Assembly (NCBI GenBank): GCA_002633005.1 | Contig: NMRA01000164.1 | Coordinates: 46,289-110,288, forward strand | From: Phoronis australis | Taxonomy: Eukaryota > Animalia > Phoronida | Length of the DNA stretch: 64,000 bases | Direction of reading: 5' to 3' | In this document: piece by piece, positions 25,565-38,860 of the stretch | Position numbering within the stretch: the first letter of the stretch is position 1 | How the letters are laid out: each line of letters starts with the position of its first letter | Notes under the pieces: model-generated | What the model saw: the letters and a program-made list of their open reading frames with translations, nothing else | What the model was told of the DNA's origin: nothing | Databases searched by the model: none | Translations under genes and position numbers: made by a program

Positions 25565-26551
25565 TAGCCTTGGTGCAAAGCTGTACACTAAATGTGGGTA
25601 AAAAAGCTGGCCAAATAAAATCTGGCACTTTCTCTTGAGTAAACTTAATTATTTACCTGTGTTGGAGAAATTGAAGTTTTATCGTTATTCTGCTGCTAAA
25701 ATTGTGGTAGCCTCTACAATCAGAAACCATACGCCATCAATTTTGCGTCACCTATTGGCCATTTTATTTTTTCCCCGATCTTTCAATCAACCATTCTTCT
25801 CTTCCACGATGTTGCGTACATGTCACAACAAATTATCGGAACTGGTTTCATTTCATTACAAGTTTTTAGTATTTTAATACCAGCAAACCAAATTTTAGAA
25901 CACATTTGCTGCTTCGACGCTGTCACTATCTCCCGAGAGAAGTCGAACAATTTTAGGAAATGGTGCGTGTGCATGTCACAAATGTACTATTTTCATATTT
26001 TCAAAACGACGAAAAACTTTTATTCATTGTGCGACAAAATGACGTTTATTTGTTTTGTTTTTTTTAACTTAAACGGCTGCAACGGGCAAGGTGAGTGTCG
26101 GCTGACCTGCATTTTGCATGCACGCCTGCCGGCCGTTCGTTCTGTATGTTGCTATGAGTTGCACGACGAAGTGACGAGCAGAACTACCCGAACTGTGTGA
26201 AAATTCGGGGTCTAATGGAGCTCAAAACACAATGGTGTCTAGCTGTATTTTGTCGATAGGCTTTATAAGCTAACTCATGGGCGCACCCAGAGGGGGGGGG
26301 GTGCTCGAGGGGCTCCCCCCAATTTGGCGACTTGGACAAAAAGGTCCGCCTCAGTAAAACAAAAAGTCCGGGTAAACGAGACAAAAGTCCACAAAGTCCA
26401 CAGGAATTCGGCGCGGATACACGATTGGCAGGCCTGAACCTAGTGGCCCCATTTTAGTCCTCGTTGATTTCTTTCAGTAAAAGGTCCGCATATCGAAGAA
26501 TTCGAGCCCCCCATATTTTAGGCTGAACGTACGTATGTAACTGGCAGGCTA
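25565..26551 (+). mobile_element. Repeat family B (TAGCC...GGCTA termini; possibly Academ-like non-autonomous element), copy 1
   Basis: Shares TAGCCTTGGTGCAAAGCTG, CTTAAACGGCTGCAACGGGCAAGGTGAG and TGACGAGCAGAACTACCC blocks with five other copies in the window. Confidence 0.75.
26276..26537 (+). mobile_element. MITE family C inserted in the family B tail; 5-bp TSD TAACT
   Basis: CATGGGCGCACCCAG...AAAAGGTCCGC...TTTTAGGCTG. Siblings at 30879-31121 and 59620-59901. Confidence 0.75.
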
Positions 26552-26683
26552 AATCAAGAGAAACTGTTGTTCCATAGTTATAATAAATATCTTGGAAAGA
26601 ACTGACAGTTCATTGTTGCTTGAGTCCATCCTCTACAAGTGGACTCCTTAGGTTTCAAGGAATAGGATCCTCTTGCTCTTTGC

Positions 26684-27561
26684 TAGCCTTGGTGTAAAGC
26701 TGTGTACTAAATATACAGCTTTGCGCCGATGTGGGTAAAAAAACTGGCCAGATAAAATCTGACACAAAATTAGTGTCATTAAAACTGCAGTATTCCTTGA
26801 GTAGACTAAATTATTTAACAAATCGGAATTTGCCGTACCGTCCTTGACCTCGAACCTCAAAGGAGAACTGATGCGTGGGCTTTTGGGGAACATTTTTGTG
26901 CTTTGACAGCGAATTTGTTGCGATCTCGCTGGAGCAGAACACCGTGAATGGTCAGTATTAAAAGAAAGAAAATTACTAATGGTTTGTTGAAATCCTATTT
27001 TGTGTAAATTTATTGAGTTTGTGTTTGATATGGACGGCTGAAGTGAAACATCCGTGGAATTCCTTGTCTCGAGTGTCATACCTTACAGTAGGAAGAGATA
27101 ACCATCCTGGTTATCTCTTCCTGCTTATAGTGTATTGGGGACGATCAAAAGCTGAGGACGCCTGTGCTGCGAAGCTGTTATCATCTCCCCAGAGATGTCG
27201 CGAAATTTAGAAAATGGCGCGTGCGTGTGTCACGAACATACTGTTTTCAAAACGACGACAGGACTTTTATTTGTTAGACGAGGCGTTGGATTGCGCAGGA
27301 AAAAGACGTTTATTAGATTGTTTTCCACTTAAACGGCTGTAACGGGCAAGGTGGTCGTTTGATTCCCATATTTTGCATGCACCCCGTCCAGTCTTTAGCT
27401 CTACATGTTGATACAGGTTTCTCGGCGAGGTGACGAGCAGAACTTCCCTGGCTGTGAGAAAATTCCGGGGTCTATGGAAGACAGTCTATAGCTAGCTGGC
27501 TGGCTAAATGGTACCTAGCAGTATTTTGACGATAGTCTTCATACAGTTAACTGGCTGGTTA
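26684..27561 (+). mobile_element. Repeat family B, copy 2
   Basis: TAGCCTTGGTGTAAAGCTG start, the same internal blocks as copy 1, end GATAGTCTTCATACAGTTAACTGGCTGGTTA. Confidence 0.75.
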
Positions 27562-28111
27562 GTTCTTTGCAAGACCAAATCTGAGTAAAAAACAATTTGA
27601 TACCAATTTTTTAACCGTTAGTGGTCCAGTCAAAGGTTAATTTCTTCAACGGAACGCGAGTTCATAGACGCTTTAAAACGTTTCTGTCAAATGTCTCCAT
27701 TTCGTAGACTTATTTTCATCACGCTAAGCTGACATACGTATTCATAAGGTCGTATCCACAAAATTGTCGGCGCCCTGTAGACTTGGAAAATATGGGGTAC
27801 TCCTTTTAGTCTTACAAAAAATAAGTTCATAATGCAAAATTGTTGATTTCATGGAAAGCACAGACAAAAAAACAACGGCATTTAGGCCTAAATTGATAGT
27901 CCACATATGCCGACTAAAAATTACATACCTTTTTATTCCTGTTCCACAAACTTCCACTTGAGTGTGGAATATCGCAAGAGTTTTGAGAAAACGCCATTTC
28001 GCAACTAAAAATGCATTCAAAATAAAACATTAGCCTAAAACGCCGTCGTGAAAGCGCGTGACGCGTTCATTGCTTTTTTTCCATTTTTCCGCCACATCTT
28101 TACGAACAAGA

Positions 28112-29223
28112 CACAGGCGCTTGAGTTTATCGCAAATGACGTCACTCAATAATATATATATAAGAAAACATAAAGGTTGGACACTTAAACTTTGCCAAGC
28201 CGAGGCTCCCAACTTCAACCGTCCAAAATCCAAATAAAATCTGCGTGCACCTCCCTCAGTCTGATGTTGCATAAACCTTCGAAGCCTTATCTTTCCTAGA
28301 TCCCATTAACTGTCTTCGTGAGTGGTGAATTGGCGATGGAATTTCCAAAACAATCTCAAAACTCTGAATTCAAGGACCTGAAATAGTAAACATGGCAGAT
28401 TTCAGTTGTGCTTCAACTTGTACGCCTGTCGTAGGTGAAACTTCGAGTTTGAGCAAGCAACCTATATTTCAAATTCAATAATTCTAATCCAAAGCTCAAC
28501 TAATTGAGAATGATTAATGATTATTTGTAACTTTATTCCACTGACGGCTCATTTTAGCCCTTAACTTTGAATTTTATTGCATAAACTGGCGTATTTTGTT
28601 TCTCATCTTGACATCACGCACTTTTTTGATTGAAGCACAACACACACTCGGCCACTGGAAACGCAGTCCGTGCAAGTATTACAATGCGCGTGGCCGACGA
28701 GTTAACTCAATGGTTTTGGCCAAAAGTAAAACCTTCATAAGAAATCACAGTACACAAAAACGTCGCATATCAATACAGTATCAAGATAATTTATATTTGA
28801 CACAAATATGTGAGTATTTACATTTATTTGGCAATAAAGTGCTCTCTGCTTCTCATGATCAAGTAGTCGAGGGATTGATGATGAAAGCCGCGCGAAATTA
28901 GACTTTCGGATTTAGCTCGCGAGCGTCCTTCAAAAACTCGGATGTGCGAAGACCGTCTGCCATGACATCACGGAATCACGTCCTTGAATTTGTGATTTTG
29001 GCATTCTTTTGTCATTTTTGTCGCCAAATCACCATTCGACGGCAATTTGAAGAGATCGAATGAAAGAAAGTATTCTAAGAGTTGTCCGATGCTAGTTTCG
29101 TGGAGTCTTCCATGCACATTTGAGTAGAAAATTCTGAGCAAACAGATTTCGAGTGTCCAACCTTTATGTTTTCTTATATATATTATTGAGTGACGTCATT
29201 TGCGATAAACCCAAGCGCCTGTG
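28112..29223. mobile_element. 1.1-kb non-autonomous TIR transposon with 8-bp TSD (P- or hAT-superfamily-like)
   Basis: Near-perfect TIRs of about 73 bp (CACAGGCGCTTG...AAAGGTTGGACACT). GAACAAGA is duplicated at 28104-28111 and 29224-29231. Confidence 0.88.
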
Positions 29224-30878
29224 GAACAAGATAAGCGCCGAAGCACATGCAAAGAAATGGGTCTCAAAATCTTCACAAGTCAGCCGATAGGATTCAAGGC
29301 GAACAAAACACGCACTCAAAACCATACGCTTTCGCTTTTCATTTTGTCATGGTCATTGTAGAACCCCAGAAAAATTCCAAATTTTGCTAAATTTGGAAAG
29401 TAACGTTTCCGAAACGGCTAGTTGGATTGATATCAAACTCCAAAACGCTGATAGGAAGTGTTTTTTAATTGTTTCACTTTTGCATGAGGGCTATCAAAAT
29501 CAGGACTTTTATGATTTTGAAATGATGTTTTAAAAAACTGTAACAGCATTTTCGAGAGATCACCTTGAACATTTATACCAACTAATATTTGATCATATTA
29601 TTGATATCGTTGTTTTGTTATCAATGTGCCTTTCTTTTTTGATTAGCAAGTGAAACGGGCTTTCTTCTTTCAGAACTTTTTTACTATTAACGAAGTAAAA
29701 TCTAAAGTTTTTGGATACGCCAATAAAGTCGTACATAACTTTAACTTAGCTCCCGGCCCGGTAAACTCAGATACCTGACTGACAAACCACAAGACAAAAA
29801 CACGATTCTCTGGTCGTTCCAGTGGCGGTGTGGAAGGCGGGTGCCCTCCCTCCTGAAAATACGAAGATGTGTTACAGAGCATGGGCAGCGCAGCACTGAA
29901 AAAAGTGGGGGCTATAGCCCCCCTGTGGTACGCCGCCCATAGGCCATGGGCGCCGGAAGTGGTTGGCCATAGGTGCGCCGCTCATGCAGGGGCGCCAAAT
30001 CGCATTTTGGGGCACCAAATCATGAAAAATTCTGCTTCAAACTGTATGTATAAAACTATCACTTTCGTTGTGTTGGCTGTGAGTCAATTTTTTTAAAGCG
30101 TTCCCCTTACACTACGGCCGGGGCTCGGTGTTTTGTAAATTGTCTTGGGACGGATTAGAGCGTGGGAAACATAACGAGAATCTCTTCGAGTTTCCGGCGC
30201 ACGCGCTACTCCGTCGTAAGACCTTAAACCAACGCGTCCTGTCATGAATGTCGTTCGTGTCTAGTGTCCTGCGAAGCCGAACCTCGAAGTGTCAGGTACG
30301 AGGCCGAAAAATCAAAGAAGCTGGTTAGGACATGACCTACGTGTTATGTACCCAATCAGGATTTAGATATAATAGAGCACAATTGCTCACCGGATTTGGG
30401 CAAAAATGATAAAAAATTCGGACAAATCATAGAAAATATGGACATCCGATGAAAAAATACGGGAGTGATTATACTTATTATAAGATAACCATTTGGTCAA
30501 ACTGTTGGCGACCGGGGATGTTCGGATGGCGATGAATCAGTGGATTGTTGTTTCACAAATAATTATTCAAGCGAGAGCATTAGAGATAGCTTAAATTCGA
30601 AAAATAATGGAAAACAATATTATTTAACTTCGGTATGCACCAGACTGAATACTGTGTCATCTAAGTTGGAAACATCAAGACTTGGATCTGCTTCATCATA
30701 TCTCGCAACACGTGATGTAATTTTAGGCCCGATGACCGGAATTCATGTCTGAGAAAAGCTTGGTTCCTAGAACAGGAAACTGAAAGACCAAGAAATCAAA
30801 CAACTATGGTCTGTTATGAAAGAATTCCTCAAAAGTGGAAATAGCGAAGCAGAAGCAGATTCATCTAATGTATGCCCA

Positions 30879-31121
30879 CATGCGCGTACACGGGGGGTCG
30901 AGCCCCCCATTTGGCGAAGTCAGCAAAAAGGTCCGCCAGGAGAAACAAAAAGACCAGGAAAACGAGACGAAGTCTACTAAAAATGCGTAAATGCACAATT
31001 CACAGTTCCAAACGTGGTACCCCGTGTGTGCTTTTTTTTAATCCTCTCGCTTTTTTGATAGCAAAAAGTCCACATCGTCAGAAATTCGAGTTCCCCATAT
31101 TAAAGGCTGGGTGCGCGCATG
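30879..31121 (+). mobile_element. MITE family C copy
   Basis: CATGCGCGTACAC...GGGTGCGCGCATG termini; internal similarity to 26276-26537. Confidence 0.75.
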
Positions 31122-33262
31122 ACCCAGGATTGGAACCAAGCGAACCCTCTTGAAATACCACGTGCATCAAACTGTAGCCTATCGAGGACGCGCCCCATAG
31201 TTCTAAAAAGTCATTCGATGTATTTCCACCACCAAACATTGGTGGAATCATCAGTGACTAACATGCGTCAAATATATGCATTGAATCGTATCCGTCCCAG
31301 TTTGAAACTGCAAATGCTCCAAGCGTAGTTGCGCTCATTTGTATTGCACGTTGATAGAATACGAGATATGGTATGTATACCTGCAGAAACTCAAATATTG
31401 TCTATTGTAGACCAAGGACTAGAATCGAACCAGCCTCCACTTGAAACTTTAAATGCATTCACCAGCGAAATTGATAGCAGTATCCACGATGATAAAACAT
31501 CACGTGAAACGATAAATATACGTCCACATGCAGACGGAGCCAATAACGTCATAGGCAACAGTAAGATTGAGCCGTGTGCCAGATCCCTGAGGCCTCTCAT
31601 TTTTCATTAAAGCGTTAGATCCAGTCGGTACATGCAATATTTCCAGTGCCGACAAATTAAAGAGTTTGAAAACGGTGTCGTGCCGGAGGTAACAAACACT
31701 TGGGTGTTGCCGAAAAAACATGTTTTTCCACACGCCCTCCACTCTGTTCTGCATTCCGTGCCTGCTACGTTCGCGTTTTTTTTTCTTTTTGGCGTTGGCG
31801 CAACTAATATAGAGTAATGGCAATGATTTCGAGAACTCAGAAATCTCGAGATTGAATCTGTCTCAGGCTCTAAGCCGGGTCACCTATGCATACGCGCGGC
31901 ACGTATAAAAATAAGAGAGGGCTCGTGTTTTTTTCGGGTACAAGTTGCGTCAGTTGTAAAACCACGACGCTGAAAAGCACTGGATACGCAGTAGAGTTGT
32001 GTTAAACGGGCGCATTTTTTTCTGAATATGTGACTTGACAAATCCAAGAATTATGTTCAGTTAAAATTAGCGCCATTAAAATTGATTTAGTGCTGATGCA
32101 CCCTTCTTAAGTTTCGCGTTGATTCCGTTTCTTTTCTTTTGTTTCATTAGCCAACATTGTACTTGTTTGCCAAACAAAATTGGCAGATCACTTTCACGAT
32201 ATGCTGCAAACAACACTGTAGAAGGAAGATTGCGCAATTTCTCACCCACCTACTAAGAACAAGGCCTGCCCACACCGCAACTGGCCGTTCCTCTTGAACG
32301 GTAACACACCTCAATTTTGTTTCTATGTTAAAATTGCCTGACTTTCTTCGAAAATCGTTATTTACGAACGACATCAGCGGGCATTAGTGTTCTATTCAAT
32401 ATACTCCGGCACCAGAGGCAACATGTTAAACTACGTGTTTTTATTTGAGTGTGTTAGTATAGCCGAGGTTGATGCGACGTAGTATTTTCACGAGAACACG
32501 GTTATTACACGGCCGTACCAAGACGTGTGTGGTATAAAACTGATAAAACTTGATATTTAAACTTCTACCGGCGAGTACCGGCCAATGTTCAAAACTAATG
32601 TGAACGGCCACTATTTCTTTGCTGTTAGTCTCGCGGTGACGCTCGTTATGTTCGTGCAGTTGCATGGGTACGATATTTCTTCCTTAATTTCGCACAAAAA
32701 TAATTGTCAGAATTGTGAGTTTTCTATTAATCAAAGCTTTACTAACATGCTACAAATAATAGAGACTTAATCAAATGTCGTTTCGTGTCAGCACAACCCA
32801 AGTTAATAAAAAATTGATATGTTCTTTTAAGAATATTAAAATATTCAAGCCTATTAGTTGTTGGCGAGGACTGGTTTTACACGTTAACGCGCGCAGTCCT
32901 GACTCGTGTACACGCTAATCTATTTCTCAACGGGTTAGTGGGCTACGAAGATGAATGTTCGCGTCCCGATGTTAACGCGACCTAGGCCGGTAGGTACAAA
33001 ATCCGGATTGATTACTTAGACTTGCACTCACCAATACTTAAATACAGCTAGTGATCTTTTCGCGGATGCGTGAACATTACTCAGAAGCTGCAGAAGTAGT
33101 GGAATCCACTCCTGTTGTTATCTTACTGACATTGACAAAGAAGAAATAATGCAATGAGAAATGTCCTCAGTGAAGAACTCTGTGACTGAGCAGGGCTGAC
33201 CTGTTTGTGATGAGGTTAGAGCACAGTTTCAGGGATGAAACACCACACAGGAGTCATTTACC

Positions 33263-33407
33263 ACGTAAACCAACACTGCGTGTCGCTAACCGACTAGAGC
33301 GACGTCTTTCGTGAAAATGCACAGGAGTAACACTCCTTTTGACCTCATTTCATTTTCACGAAAGACGTCGCTCTAGTCGGTTAGCGAGACGCAGTGTTGG
33401 CTTACGT
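33263..33407. repeat. Palindrome with 57-bp arms and 31-bp loop
   Basis: 33263-33319 is the reverse complement of 33351-33407 with about 2 mismatches. Confidence 0.9.
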
Positions 33408-33412
33408 TGTAA

Positions 33413-33990
33413 CTCGCTGGTTCCCTGCGTGCTTAGCCCAGCCAGCACGCAGGTATCACGCAGTGGCACGCGCTTTAGCATTGGTCGATGTAATCTTGGC
33501 AGTCATTGGTTAGCTTCACAACACCGTGAAAAAATGGCAGACTGTGAATGATTTTAGCCTTGTCATGCAAGTGGCGTCGCAGCAACTATTTCGTTTGTGC
33601 AGTGATGTTTAATAGCCGCGTTGTGCTTGAAGCACATACATTCACAATAAACACATATTACGGTGTGTTATTCATACTGTATAAGGACACTATCGTAAAC
33701 AAAAGTCATCGACAGTAGAAAGATGCATTCCGAAAAGGCTCAATCACAATTTTTAGGCTTCACATTTCCTGAACATAATTTTAAGCACCGGTTTGTCTGT
33801 ACAACAGACCACATTTACACTTCAGTCCATCAGCCATGCCAGTTTGTTTGCGCAAAGCGCTGCCTGTTGACGAATCGACTAGCCAATCAGAAACGCCGGT
33901 GTAAAAAAATTTACAGAGGAAATTTAAGTGATACCTGCGTGCTCAGGCGCGGCTACCGCCCCACCTAGCGGCACGCAGGGAACCAGCGAG
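33413..33990. mobile_element. 578-bp non-autonomous TIR element with 9-bp TSD
   Basis: Perfect 20-bp TIR CTCGCTGGTTCCCTGCGTGC. ACGTTGTAA is duplicated at 33404-33412 and 33991-33999. Confidence 0.85.
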
Positions 33991-35214
33991 ACGTTGTAAA
34001 GGACCTCATTTATTTGGCATTTCCCTTTTTTAAAGCAATCTTATCATGAAACTACGCCCCGAAAAATATCCAAGTAACAGAGATGAAATCAGAATTCATT
34101 TTAATTGTCAATTTGTATGTTTGTCCATTTTTCCTGACGCAGCCAGTCCACCACGGGATTGACTGCAGCGAATGCACGCGGGCTCTACTCCTCTCCCACG
34201 ATGTTTAGGGAAGGCTTTCCCGAAAAAAAATGTCACCATTCTAGTGGTAGGCCATCAGAACATGCGGCTTTACCCAACTGAGAAGGGGAAATGGGACAAA
34301 TCGGGAGTCGTTGCATCACCTCGCCTAAGACCTAGTTTATATGGAAACCAGCAGATGACCTTACAAAAACTTAGCAAGCAAAGCCCCTTGTGTACAGTAT
34401 CAGGTTTGCACCATATGACGTCAAGTGCGGCACTGACTGAGACAAAATCCACTTTGCTTCAACCACGTAACTCGTTCATGGAGTGATAATTTTTTAAATA
34501 TTTATCGGTTTTACTGGGTTTTTTTTCAAAAATATTGAACGGCCAAAATCATTGTAAACCATGCTCTGGTGGTCTATTTCAGTGTAGTTCCAAAACAATG
34601 TCATCGCTTTCTCACTCATCCGCGGTTCAGTAATATCCTTTTGTTGAAATCTGTTACAGTAAAAAGCTTGCAATCTCGCTGACGTCTTCAGCGGCAATCT
34701 GCTGTGAAAAGCGATTTCTGAACCTAGGCATTAAAGAAGTAACATTTCGCCTCAACTAGTGAACCTAGAAACCAGCTCTCAAGGGCGTAGCTAAACAATG
34801 GTAAAATTAGAGGTAAGTAGGCGCCCAAAACCCATTGTATCTCATTGAGCGCTGAATTTTAAAAGTGCATTGAACTCGCAAAACCAAACTCACAAGCATG
34901 TGGGCCTACTTTTTGACTCACGAGGGGACATTTACATAGAATCTGCAGTGGCAGATCTTGGATGTCGGAAAAAGAGCATCTAACCACACATTCGAAGGCA
35001 AAACTTCGCATGCATCCCAAGCGGTCCCAAACCCAATTATAAAGGAAAATGGTGTAACGCCCAGAAACGATATGTTGGATGCGATGAGATTTTTAGTCGC
35101 CCGTGGGGTGTGTCCTCGGGGCCTTTCGCCACCCCCCCCCCCCTTTATTCACCTGTGACATGTGACAACGTAACTGTTTCTTTACCTTGCAATATTAATA
35201 AAAATTCCATTACT

Positions 35215-35498
35215 CGTGGTCGCGCGCGCCGACATATTCGGCAACAATGCTGTCGTCAGCAGAGCCATTGATGCTATCGTATCGAGACTACGCTCCACTA
35301 TACCGTTACTTTCGGGGCCAAGACGCTGCGTTAAAATGTAAAAAGGTGATTGCTACAATAAAATGTATAAGGTGGTTGGCTGCAACTACGTGCGCTTACG
35401 CGCATCTATGCCGTCACTTACGGTGGGTAGGCCCTACGTTAAAAAGCAAAAAGGTGGTTGGCAGCGCCTACGTGCGCCTACGCCCCACTACAGTACTG
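35215..35498 (-). mobile_element. Left-end fragment of the hAT-like element at 579
   Basis: Reverse complement matches 579-720 and 905-950. Confidence 0.75.
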
Positions 35499-35934
35499 TT
35501 TAATAAGCTAAACCATGATAATTATGCAAATACACACGACCGTCGTACCCACACAGTATTTTGTAATTGAAAGTTTATTTTCAAAACTTTCATGAATACG
35601 TTTAAGTAAGAATACGTTAATTATCGTAAAAATGCCAATGACATACTCGAAAAGTAAATCACGAAAACCTTCCTTAAACCGTCGAACCCTTTTGTCAACA
35701 TTAATTTTGTTACATGGTCTGTGCATTCTACACAAAATTACGTGGTCTAATCGGAGAAATGAACAACACGAGGGCAAGGATATAACCGTAAGTGGCCTAA
35801 ATCAAATGTTGCGTGTTTGTCTTAAGGTGAGCTGGATTGCACCATCAAAAAGAGGACTTACTTCTTTAGGACCACCTACAGTGAATATCGCGTCGATAAA
35901 TTCGTGTATTAGACGGTCTCTACCATGCTTGGCC

Positions 35935-36146
35935 AATAGGGCCGTCCCGGATTACCTGCATGGCGATAGAACTCTCCTTTGTCATGGAGATAAGAAAGCA
36001 CGTACATGACCTCGTTTTGGAAATCAGGCACGTGTTTTTCTCATTGATGTCGGGAAGGCGAAGAATTTCAGATCACACATCCACGAGTATTTGTCCAGTT
36101 ACTCAAACTTTCTCACGTCCGAGAGAGTTGCAGCCACAGCATAGCA
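35935..36146 (-). mobile_element. THAP-domain transposon relic, copy 1, with one terminus (ISL2EU/Harbinger-like)
   Basis: Direct repeat of about 42405-42575. Terminal AATAGGGCCGTCCCGGATTAC is the inverse of 42738-42758. Confidence 0.6.
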
Positions 36147-36359
36147 CTAATACTTCGTTGTCATTGGATTAAAAATTAAAAATTATATCAACCTACATTC
36201 CCATCTATCAATCTGAAAATCTTGACCGTGGCTTAGAATAATTCAAAGCCGAAGTGAACTTTTTGGTCTCGACATGTTCAACCTCAGATGACAGGTGATT
36301 TCTGGGTTTGCAAAGACCGCCAGTTCATTAGTCCTGAAGACCATGCTCGATACATAAAA

Positions 36360-37287
36360 CAGTGGCGGATCTAGGATATCACAAGGGGGGCCCAACTTTT
36401 TGTCCGGCTGTAAGCATTTGCGCAAACTGAACCACGATTGTAGATGTGCATAGCACCGAAGTGGGGGAGGTCAAGAATTTTTTCTGTTTTTACCTCTAAA
36501 AATCAAGCATTTCCTTGATTCCAAAAAAGAAAAAAAAAAACGGAGAACTTGTCGAACAGAAAAACTGCAAAAACCTAAGATACGAACTCACGACCTGGGC
36601 TGGGTTGCATAAAACTTCAAAATTATCCGCTGGATAAGTTTAATTGTTGCATGTCGTCAGGTGCATTGTTCGACAATAACAAACGTGGCGCATGATAATG
36701 CGACGTCATTGTTGTTATACGGCGTATAACTTTTATGCAACCCAGCCCTGGAGGATTGGCGGATAGAACGCGCGTGCGTTAACACTACACCACAACGACT
36801 TTACTACTATTCTCTCTCTAAGAGACCTACTTATTTATGGGTCTACAGCGTTTGCGCGCGAAACCTACTTCTTTTTGTAATGCTTATTACACGTTTTATA
36901 TTTTGTGCCACCAATTTTTAACAAATTTGTCGTATTTAAGATAGTCTTCAAATGCCCAAAAGACCAAATTCGTTTTTCGTGTTAAGTTGGCAATAATGAC
37001 GGGATTGCTTTGGAAATCGTAAGGTTTGACAAAGAGAGTATTGCGAGTTTCCGCGTGATTCACTAAGGCTTCGATTAAACACATCTTACCAGCAGCTTCT
37101 GTTTTTCATCGTCACTCAGATTCCATTTTCTTTAAAAAATGAAGTAAATTTTCTTCATTGCACAGTGGAGCAGACGACGGAAACGGAGTCGTAGTGCGCA
37201 GCGCCACTGCCGGTCGCCTGGGATATCGAGGGAGAGCCATAGTTTGGTTACGAATGCGCCGTGTTCCGAATTTGACGCTTGAAATTG
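36360..37287 (+). repeat. Dispersed composite repeat family A, copy 2 (carries a MITE insertion)
   Basis: Collinear with 4166-4994. Confidence 0.85.
36598..36747. mobile_element. 150-bp PIF/Harbinger-like MITE with CTG TSD
   Basis: Perfect 17-bp TIR GGCTGGGTTGCATAAAA with CTG on both sides. Absent from the equivalent site in family A copy 1. Confidence 0.85.
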
Positions 37288-38813
37288 GATTTGCTGATAA
37301 CGAACTGTCCGTTCTTTCGAAGCCCTACAATCACCTTCATTTTGAATAAGGAATTACGACCAATTCCATAACGGTAAGTGGTCTAAATCAACAATTCATT
37401 TTTGTTGTCACTTCAACATTCATTCCCCATTTTTTGTTCATAACCAATACCCTCAGTACAGCCGGAGAAAGATTTTATTCCAGGGGAGAGTTCGGTAACC
37501 CCAGGACCTCCCTAAAAAGCAAGATTTCGCAAGATCACGTGAGATATCAGGGGCGGTTTCCAGGATTTTGAGTTGGGGGGAAGGCACAGGAATAACCAGA
37601 ATTTCGCCACATACGCGCACCCAGCCTAAAATGTAGGGATGCAGGGGTCTCGGATTTTTGGTTTTGTGAACCTTATTACTAAAAAAACGGTAAACGGGGT
37701 TTGTTCAAGGCCTATGCATCGTGCATTCGACCCCCGAGCCACCCTGGGTGCGCGCATATGCTAGTCAGCAATTCGCACCCCGAACTGCCAAATGGTCTCT
37801 GGGAGTATTTTAGGGGGGGNCCCTAAATCCGCCACTGGATATTGCGGTGTATTATAAATGAGAACAGGTGATTTCGGCACGATATTAACAAGGTTCTAGC
37901 GTAGGTCCTAGCGTTTCTGAACTGCGCCTAGGACACCCGTAAAATATTGATGTTTTGAGACGTCTAACAACAGGCACCCAAATATAACAACTAAACTTGT
38001 GACTTTCCTCATGTATTTTTAAACATAAATTGCACAACAATAGTACAGAGAAATCCAACCAAATTCAACCTTGTGTAAGAGTGCCCTTAACATTACTGCT
38101 AGCAAACAACATGCAACTAAACCTACAGTATCAACCCACCTTCAATTAAAAAAAGCTAACATCTGATTTGACCCATTTACCTTTAACGAAAGTTGTCTCA
38201 GCTTAATTTATTTCTTATCCAAAGTAGAACAGATTTCGAGATTTGGAAACAAATGAAATTTCCTTGTTGCTGGAGAAAAGCCTTAACATGCAGGTCACTC
38301 TGTCACTCCCATTAATGTCAAACAGGTTTCAACCACTAACATCATTTCTAATCTGAATAAGGAACAAACTGATGTTTTATAGCAGTAAGTGGTGTAAAGA
38401 AAAGTTATTATTTCTTAGGCAAAGGCGGGTTAATGACACTATATGCTTCTCGCTATCACTGACAAAGAGAATATAGCTCAGTACGTAAAACTTTCACTCC
38501 TAAAACCATGCAGTAGCACCAACATACAATATGAATGATAAATCAAAACAAAAACTCATATTTAAAATTTGAACTTCATAGCTGTTCATTGTCATTAAAG
38601 TCCTGGTCACACCAAACTCATTTGCAAGATCTCAAAGCCCTTCTTAACAGTGGAAATGGGGTTCCAACAAGGAGTTCTTACTTAGACTTTACAACGCCTT
38701 GTAGGTTCCCACTAGTTTTTTCTCCATTTTTGAGACCATACTATGTCAGTGTGTCATATTCTTTCAATATGAATTTAGACTAAAGCTTAAAGTTCATAAG
38801 TGCACCATATGTA

Positions 38814-38823
38814 TTTATTTATT
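38814..38823 (-). terminator. Candidate polyadenylation signal (overlapping AATAAA) of the CCDC92-like gene
   Basis: AATAAATAAA on the minus strand about 40 nt past the stop codon. The AT-rich context makes a chance match possible. Confidence 0.35.
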
Positions 38824-38860
38824 CATAGCAACTTGATATCTTCTATTATCAGACTTCATA

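Noticed and set aside
30480-31820. Short ORFs with coding-like composition
   Set aside because: Interrupted by a MITE and stops; no recognisable domain or consistent splice model.
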